A stretch of DNA of 64,000 bases from positions 352,001 to 416,000 of the forward strand of contig OY771555.1 in assembly GCA_963674785.1 (NCBI GenBank), given 5' to 3'. The position numbers and the translations under genes were made by a program. The stretch is from Caldisericia bacterium. Its GTDB lineage: Bacteria; Caldisericota; Caldisericia; JAAYUI01. Positions 57,305 through 64,000 of this stretch are shown piece after piece. How positions within the stretch are numbered: the first letter of the stretch is position 1; every line of letters begins with the position of its first letter. The notes beneath the pieces were generated by a model. The model had not been told where the DNA came from, did no database searches, and was given only the letters and a program-made list of their open reading frames with translations.

Positions 57305-59650
57305 GTGAAATCCTTTGCTAGATTATCTTTTATTGTCTTTCTTGTGGCTTTGTTGGCTCTGCCACTCACTACAATAGCTGCATCTAGTATCAAGATGACA
57401 ATCGAGTGTAACCCACAGGCAATCGACATCGATCAATCGACAGAGGTATTTATAACTCTCAAAGATGATGAAGGAAAACCAGTTGTTGGACAAAACATCT
57501 TTGTCGGCGTAACTGGCATAAAAGGTGCCTTCAGTTTTGAGATGCTCACAACAGGTTCTGAAGGAACTGCATCAACAACCTTCACCCCGCAAGAATATGG
57601 AATGGGTTATATCATAGCAAAAGCAAGCATCAGACATGGGACTTCGATTCTTTCAATCACAGCAGAAACAACAATAAAAGTTGACAACATGAACAAACCC
57701 CCAACTTCAAAGATCACAAACGCATTCCCTAACCCTGTTTCAATTGGAGAGACAATTCAGTTTTCCGGTGAAGGTGACGATATTGATGGGAAGGTCACAG
57801 AGTGGAAATGGGATATGGGAGACGGAACGGTCTTTACAGGGACAGGAGACAGTTCATCGGTCACCCACATATATGAAAAAGTCGGAGACTACAAAGTCAC
57901 ATTCATGGTAAAAGATAACTCCGATATCTGGTCAAATCCATCCTGGGTAACCATCAAGGCTTATACAAACAATGCACCACAGATCGCAAAAGTTGGAGAA
58001 TGGGAGACCTCTGCTTTAACAGGACACGAGATTACCATCTCTGCACTCATCACCGACCCTGATTCAAATCTTTCAAAATGCATCTTTGATTGGGGAGACA
58101 ACACAACAGAAGAATTTGATATCACTGGTGGAAGCGCAACACTAAAATCAACCCACAAGTACGATAAGACAGGCATCTATTACCTAAAAATACAGGCGGC
58201 TGACTTAAATGGTGGTACAACAATATACCCAGAAGAAGGTTGGAAAATAAATGTTTATGGCATGTCAAAGGGCGGAATAAAGATTCTCTTCCCAGATTCT
58301 GCTGGTGAACAGATTGATTTTATTGGACCTTTCCCAAGCAGAGACATTGCACTTTCAAAAACTCTTGAGGATTGGGGGCTGGATACAGGATTCACACTAC
58401 TCCCTGGCAAATACAAATTATTATCTGGAAATCGCACATCTGCATTGAGACCAATTACTGGAGAGATTGAGATAAAGCCTTTCAAAACAAGTGAGATAAA
58501 GTGTATCAGATGGACTCCGAAACTCGCAACACATATTTTTATAAACGGCAAGAATCCAGCAAAAATTATTGGGAAATTCTATGATACTGATGGGGATATT
58601 GAAAAACCTGCACTCATAAATATCTCAAATGAAAACAATATCGATGGAATATGCTTTAGTGCAAACAATGGCAATTTTACAATTCCAGCAGAGGGGCTTG
58701 AAGAAAGCAACATCAAAATAAAATTTGTGATTGACGGGATTATTGGAGAAAAAATTCTGCATATCCCAAAAGAACTCCCAAACATAAAACTCACAGCCAG
58801 ACCACAGGTGGATGGTTGCATCCAATTGGATGTTGCCGCAGAAGGAATCGACAGCAAAATCAATCTTACCGCAAGTGTTTTCTCCGTTGTCACAGGCAGA
58901 AGAATAAAATCGAATGATGTAATAAATGATATCCCCACCGAATGCACCCCTGGAATCACAAAACTTGAAATCAATCGATTTGATTCATACAAATATATTG
59001 TCCGAATCGATGCAACACACACTAGCAACAACATAACATCCACAGACCACACAAGTTTCGTTCCTTATATCGGTGATCAGAAACTTCATCTGGACTGGGG
59101 ATATTCGGATGATTCAATCGTTTACAGCGGTTACCTCACAAGCAAAGAATCTGGTGAAATTCTCACCGACCAACAATTTGTGGTTTCAAAAGATGGCAAT
59201 TATTTTGGGAAGATCCCAACAAAAAATGGTCTTTTTCTTGAGGAAAAAAATGTTTCAGAATTGCTGAAATCCAGTGATAATGGACTCGAACTAAAAATAT
59301 CCACTATCTCTTCCGGACTCACATTTGAAGAGAAGATGTTTGTCAGGCATCATGACTTTTATCCAAACCTCGAGATAAAAAGAGGCGAAAACGGCTTATC
59401 ATTCACCCTGCTTGATGGTTATGGTGAACCGATTCCAGGCAAATGGATATCCGTACACTTCATCTCAAAAAATGGAATTGTTACCGAAAAAGAGTGTGAG
59501 ATGCTGGGATATCCTGACTCGAGCGTCCGAACATCAATAAACGGGGCTGCAAACTTCACCTTTGATGACAGCGAATTCCAGGAACTCAGCATCCTTATAA
59601 AAACAAATGTTGATGATTATCCTATCTTGAAGCATTTCAAGATAAAGTAG
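57305..59650 (+). CDS. Secreted Ig-like (Big_1) + PKD domain protein
   Basis: Signal peptide; 'TLKDDEGKPV'; 'WKWDMGDG...HIYEKVGDY'; 'FDWGD...HKYDKTGIY'. Confidence 0.85.
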   Translation: MKSFARLSFIVFLVALLALPLTTIAASSIKMTIECNPQAIDIDQSTEVFITLKDDEGKPVVGQNIFVGVTGIKGAFSFEMLTTGSEGTASTTFTPQEYGMGYIIAKASIRHGTSILSITAETTIKVDNMNKPPTSKITNAFPNPVSIGETIQFSGEGDDIDGKVTEWKWDMGDGTVFTGTGDSSSVTHIYEKVGDYKVTFMVKDNSDIWSNPSWVTIKAYTNNAPQIAKVGEWETSALTGHEITISALITDPDSNLSKCIFDWGDNTTEEFDITGGSATLKSTHKYDKTGIYYLKIQAADLNGGTTIYPEEGWKINVYGMSKGGIKILFPDSAGEQIDFIGPFPSRDIALSKTLEDWGLDTGFTLLPGKYKLLSGNRTSALRPITGEIEIKPFKTSEIKCIRWTPKLATHIFINGKNPAKIIGKFYDTDGDIEKPALINISNENNIDGICFSANNGNFTIPAEGLEESNIKIKFVIDGIIGEKILHIPKELPNIKLTARPQVDGCIQLDVAAEGIDSKINLTASVFSVVTGRRIKSNDVINDIPTECTPGITKLEINRFDSYKYIVRIDATHTSNNITSTDHTSFVPYIGDQKLHLDWGYSDDSIVYSGYLTSKESGEILTDQQFVVSKDGNYFGKIPTKNGLFLEEKNVSELLKSSDNGLELKISTISSGLTFEEKMFVRHHDFYPNLEIKRGENGLSFTLLDGYGEPIPGKWISVHFISKNGIVTEKECEMLGYPDSSVRTSINGAANFTFDDSEFQELSILIKTNVDDYPILKHFKIK

Positions 59651-59677
59651 TTACAACCAATAATTTTTCAGATTCAC

Positions 59678-59735
59678 TTGACACGGGTTTCTTATTTCAT
59701 TATCATTGAGCGTATACTCAATGAGTGGGTACTCA
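59678..59735 (+). promoter_or_regulatory. Promoter plus two tandem TetR-type operators
   Basis: TTGACA-17-TATCAT, then TGAG-CGTATA-CTCA and TGAG-TGGGTA-CTCA. Confidence 0.7.
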
Positions 59736-60326
59736 ATGAATAAAAGGGAACAACAAAAACTAGAGACAAAAGAGAAGATCATCGACATAGCAACAAACCT
59801 ATTCTCAGAAAATGGTTTCTCAGAGGTTTCCACTCTTGATGTCGCAAAAAAAGCTGGTGTCTCACACGGAACAATCTTTTCACATTTCAAATCCCGCGAT
59901 GAGTTGATTTTTGCGGTTGTTGAAAGATTCAGTGCAAAGCTTCTAACTCGAATTAACACCCTCATGTCTGAGGACATGTCACTAAAAGAAATAATCACAA
60001 TCCATCTTTCAAGTCTGCTTGATTATGAGGACTTCTATAGAGAACTGATAATCGTATCACCAAGGCTCACCGGTAGAGCAAAAAACCAGTACATCTTCCT
60101 GATGTCTTCAATTTCAGAAATAATCAGCTGCGCCAAGGAAGAACAAACGAAACTTGAACCAAACGCGATTTTTACAACATGGGTTTCACTGCTTCACTAC
60201 CACCTCACAAGTCGACCACTCTTTTCACCTGGTGAATCCGTGATCGAGAAAAAAGGCAAGGAGATAAAAAAACTTTTTATGAGCCTTGTGATGGATAAAA
60301 AAGAAATGGAGGGACAAAATGAATAA
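59736..60326 (+). CDS. TetR/AcrR family regulator
   Basis: 'IIDIATNLFSENGF...VAKKAGVSHGTIFSHFKSRDEL'; start is 59721 or 59736. Confidence 0.92.
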   Translation: MNKREQQKLETKEKIIDIATNLFSENGFSEVSTLDVAKKAGVSHGTIFSHFKSRDELIFAVVERFSAKLLTRINTLMSEDMSLKEIITIHLSSLLDYEDFYRELIIVSPRLTGRAKNQYIFLMSSISEIISCAKEEQTKLEPNAIFTTWVSLLHYHLTSRPLFSPGESVIEKKGKEIKKLFMSLVMDKKEMEGQNE

Positions 60327-62158
60327 ATGCAGGTCGTGTGGAAGGATGCTCAAGGCAGATGAACAGGGGAAAGATTTCTGCAAGCATTGTGTAGATGAGA
60401 ACGGGAGTCTCAAGTCGTACGAACAGGTATCAGAAAATCTTGCAAAATACCTGAGAGAGACACAAGGGCTAGATGAGAGGGCATCGGCCAACGCTGCAAA
60501 AGCAATTGTTTCAAGCCAACCGGTCTGGGAGAAGAAACAGGGAGTATATTTTGAAGGGGATATGAAAAGAAAGAGAAACACAATTGTTACGTTAGTTGTT
60601 GTGTTTGCATTAATTTTGACGGGGGTTGGGATTGGGGTATTTGTTTTTGATAAACCTGAGGAGCAGTTAGCAGAATCAAAGCTTTTTGATAAAGAAAACC
60701 CATTAGTCATAAATAAAACAGTAGGTCATAACACATATATGTTGGATTTACCAGGATATCAATCCAACCCCTCTGTCATAAACCTAGCCAATGAAGGCTC
60801 TGACAAAAAGAATGATGCAATAATTTTCGCATCATATGTGAGACCCCAGAAGACTGATAGGCAAATTGAGCCCGAAGATGAGTACAAACTATTGAGAGTC
60901 AAGATTTCAGATGAAGGAAGCAAGGGGAAAGGTGTAATCTTAAAAACAGAGAAATTAGTCTCTGATAGATATGAGAAAAACTCAAGATTTTTCTTCCTTA
61001 GAACTAAAAACTCTGAGGAAAGTGTTTACACATATGATTCTCTGTTTAATAATCAGAGATATGGTGAAAACAGTGCACCTTTCAAATGGGAACCAGTCAC
61101 AAAGCCATATCACCCGCAATACTCAGTACTTGATGAACACATGAATGAAGATACATACTACCAAGTTAATGATGAATATATAATGTGGTGTGAGTTTGAC
61201 AAGAAATCATCAAGCCAGAGCCTGTATCTCAGAAACTTTGACACACTCAGAACAATTGAGATAAGTAAAACTGTTGCCCCTTACACAAAACCACTTCTTC
61301 TAGCAAACCACATCGTATGGGAAGATAATAGAGAAATATCAAGCAAGTCATGTGCGATATATTCATATAACATTTCGTCGGATAGTGAGAAGCTACTTCA
61401 TCACTCGGATAAAAATGTTGCACTCCTTAAGAGCAAAAATCCAAGCTTCATTCTTTTTGTAACCTATGCTGATGATATTAGAAGTTATGGCAATCCCGAC
61501 TATACTCTCAATATTTACAACCTGATAAAATCAAAGGTTGAATATTCATTTAATGATGAAATAAGAATTGGCGAGACTGGGCTTGGTAACTACAGCAGAC
61601 ACTTGCCGAAAGTATGTATCTCTGAAAATCCAAAGAACCCAATTGTGACCTGGGGAATCATGAAGAAATACGAGGGTGGTTATTGTTTTGGGAAGGGAAG
61701 AAAACTAGTTGATGACAGTTGATGACAGAGAAGGTATCGCAATCCTCAAAGTTGGCGTTGATAAAGAACCCTTCATAATAGAGAAACTTGAAGAGCATCT
61801 CAATATGAATCCTGTTTTTGTTACAGATGAATACGTGATTATTGATAATAGGTGGGAATTCAGAATCGCTAAAATTCCAGAAAACTATGAGCAGCCAAAG
61901 TTAGTCAAAATTTTTGAGCCAATCAAGGAATATATCGATCTTAACTTCAAGATAAATATCGATAAAGATTTCATTTTTTGGAAAGTTCTAACGCACAGAA
62001 AATCAGAGCCTGGAGAAGATAAAGTCAGAAGTATTGGTGGAATAGAAGTGGTGTATGAGGGAGGGACATATGAGATTCAAACAGGCTCAAACATCTGCTG
62101 GGCAAGGTTATCTGAAATTTTTCCAGAGCATGAACTAGTGGGAGCGATGGGAGAGTAA
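60319..62158 (+). pseudogene. Zn-ribbon-TM-extracellular domain gene split by a 10-bp tandem duplication (ORFs 60319..61722 and 61709..62158)
   Basis: AGTTGATGAC x2 at 61707..61726; deleting one copy fuses the frames; the end SNICWARLSEIF matches the paralog's SNICWAVLSNIF. Confidence 0.8.
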
Positions 62159-62160
62159 GT

Positions 62161-63984
62161 ATGAAAAAATGTGCTTCCTGTGGAAAAATCATTAAAGGGG
62201 AGGCTGGGGAGAAGTATTGCCGCAACTGTGTGGATGAGAATGGGAATCTCAAGTCGTACGAACAGGTATCGGAAAATCTTGCAAAATACCTGAGGGACAC
62301 ACAGGGGTTGGATGCCCGGGCATCCATCAATGCTGCAAAAGCTATTGTTTCAAGCCAACCGGTCTGGGAGAAGAAACAGGGAGTATATTTTGAAGGGGAC
62401 ATGAAGAGGAGCAGGAGGTTAGTTGTCTCTCTTATCGTTATTATCGCGCTTATTCTGGCTGGGATTGGGATAAACTTTTATGAAAATTTTTTGGGGAATA
62501 AGGAGTTACCACTTTTATCTGGGGGTGAATCGCAAAAGGTGAACACAAGGAATGTTGGGGACGTTCGTGTAAAAGAGCTCATGTTGCCTGGGTCACAAAA
62601 CTGCCCCAAGCAACTTTACGAGCATGACCAAAATATTATTTGTTTTACATCACCGCGATTCAGTAAAAGTGGTAACTGGCTTAAAAAAACCGATCTTTAC
62701 GGGTTTAACACACACAACAATCATGGTTTCAAATTGACTTTTGATATCAAACAATTTACAAAAGTTGCATCATCATATTTCCCTGAAAGTGTTGATACAA
62801 CAATGAGTTCGACACATTTCACAAGAGACGGGATGTGGATTACAACAACAAGAAACACCGATAAAAACGGTGACAAATGGGGCATCAAAGCCGTAACAGC
62901 AAGCATTGATGTGAAGCATTTTTATCCAGAACTCTTCCCAACCGCTGACACCACAAAAGAGCTTGGTTTTTACAGACACTACAACAACTTCATAAAGAAG
63001 GAAGCAAACTGGTTAAACCTTTACTTCCTGGAAAAAAGGCAAAACATTCACTACCCGATTTTGCTTGATGGTTATATCACCTGGTTTGAAAATGATGATT
63101 CTGAATACGGATTCCCAAACATCAAAAGAATTGTTTTATACAACCTCCATACTGAGAGAGAAATCACTGTAACAGAGACGGTTTTTAATGATTATTACAA
63201 GCTGAATGACAGGTTTATTGTCTGGCTTGATAACCGCAAGATAAACGCCCCCGCACCATCTATATATTGTTATGACATAAAAAGTGGTGAAGAGTTTGTG
63301 GTTTATGAAAATGTTCACTCTCAATATTTCACTTTCAATGATTCATACATAATCTTTTCTAAGGATGACAATACCAACTTGCACTTAGTCTATGATCTGA
63401 ACAATCGAAAACTCACAAACAAACACCTCACAAAAAATATCTATCAAGAACCAAGAATGTCTGACAACAACAATGATTATGATTATAAACCCGAAAATCT
63501 CAGAACATCAAGAATCAAGATGTCAAAAGGTTCAGAAAACAAAGATTCATTCATCGCATACAGCGAAATCGAAGGTGAAGAAGAATCGTACGAGGGTTTT
63601 AAAGGGAGGAAGTTAAAAGTTTTTGTCGAAAACATCTCAAAAGATAATGAGGTTTACGAAGTATATGGAGATGATGAAAGTATTTCTGTCCAGGTTCCCC
63701 TTAAAATCACAGATGACTTCGTCATATGGCAGAGTCTTAACTATGAAACCTACACCAACAACCTCTGGATAGGAAGAATCTCTGACGGACAACACGATGG
63801 AATAATAGAATCTGTCCTTATTGACACATCAGCTTTTGAGGAAAACACATTCCCACACTTGAATTTTGGGGATGTTGAGGTAACCGAAAAAAAGGTCTTT
63901 TGGACAAAAACCGATACGAATTCAAATATCTGCTGGGCAGTATTATCAAACATATTTAAGGTGGGAAATAATGAAAAAATGTGA
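62161..63984 (+). CDS. Zn-ribbon (CxxC..CxxC, PF12674-like) + TM + extracellular beta-propeller-like protein
   Basis: CASCG..YCRNCVDENG..QPVW head, a TM helix, then 'IVWLDNR...IYCYDI' repeats. Confidence 0.8.
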   Translation: MKKCASCGKIIKGEAGEKYCRNCVDENGNLKSYEQVSENLAKYLRDTQGLDARASINAAKAIVSSQPVWEKKQGVYFEGDMKRSRRLVVSLIVIIALILAGIGINFYENFLGNKELPLLSGGESQKVNTRNVGDVRVKELMLPGSQNCPKQLYEHDQNIICFTSPRFSKSGNWLKKTDLYGFNTHNNHGFKLTFDIKQFTKVASSYFPESVDTTMSSTHFTRDGMWITTTRNTDKNGDKWGIKAVTASIDVKHFYPELFPTADTTKELGFYRHYNNFIKKEANWLNLYFLEKRQNIHYPILLDGYITWFENDDSEYGFPNIKRIVLYNLHTEREITVTETVFNDYYKLNDRFIVWLDNRKINAPAPSIYCYDIKSGEEFVVYENVHSQYFTFNDSYIIFSKDDNTNLHLVYDLNNRKLTNKHLTKNIYQEPRMSDNNNDYDYKPENLRTSRIKMSKGSENKDSFIAYSEIEGEEESYEGFKGRKLKVFVENISKDNEVYEVYGDDESISVQVPLKITDDFVIWQSLNYETYTNNLWIGRISDGQHDGIIESVLIDTSAFEENTFPHLNFGDVEVTEKKVFWTKTDTNSNICWAVLSNIFKVGNNEKM

Positions 63985-64000
63985 TTCTTGTGGAAGAATA
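63971..64000 (+). CDS. Start of a third Zn-ribbon paralog (partial)
   Basis: ATG AAA AAA TGT GAT TCT TGT GGA AGA ATA = MKKCDSCGRI, overlapping the upstream stop. Confidence 0.7.
   Translation, partial: MKKCDSCGRI

Noticed and set aside
60541-60570. Internal start (GAAGGGGAT-ATG) giving a head-less isoform of the Zn-ribbon genes
   Set aside because: SD-to-ATG spacing is too short to support without ribosome profiling

Overview
AT-rich bacterial chromosome segment from an anaerobe. The many PQQ-like beta-propeller and copper-amine-oxidase N-terminal ('stalk') surface proteins suggest a Caldisericia-like organism, but that is inference. Housekeeping genes: buk-DUF2268-ptb-gdhA, gpmI, lpdA, a nitroreductase, crcB with a fluoride riboswitch, and an ArsR/permease/thioredoxin/CcdA operon. 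Most of the rest encodes secreted, lipoprotein or surface proteins. Main leads: (1) a TetR-led tandem array of at least three genes with a near-constant cytoplasmic Zn-ribbon head, a TM helix and a variable extracellular domain, one member split by a clean 10-bp duplication; (2) a C-terminal Pro/Glu-linker + stalk module that appears to be shuffled among unrelated surface proteins (a 192-bp near-identical tract, a fusion and a deletion remnant); (3) a 1558-aa protein with ~16 DUF5666-like repeats carrying co-varying Cys pairs; (4) a nested REP/MITE-like element; (5) several apparently leaderless genes. I found no rRNA, tRNA, CRISPR array, integrase, transposase or reverse transcriptase. All family assignments come from motif recognition by eye, not database searches.
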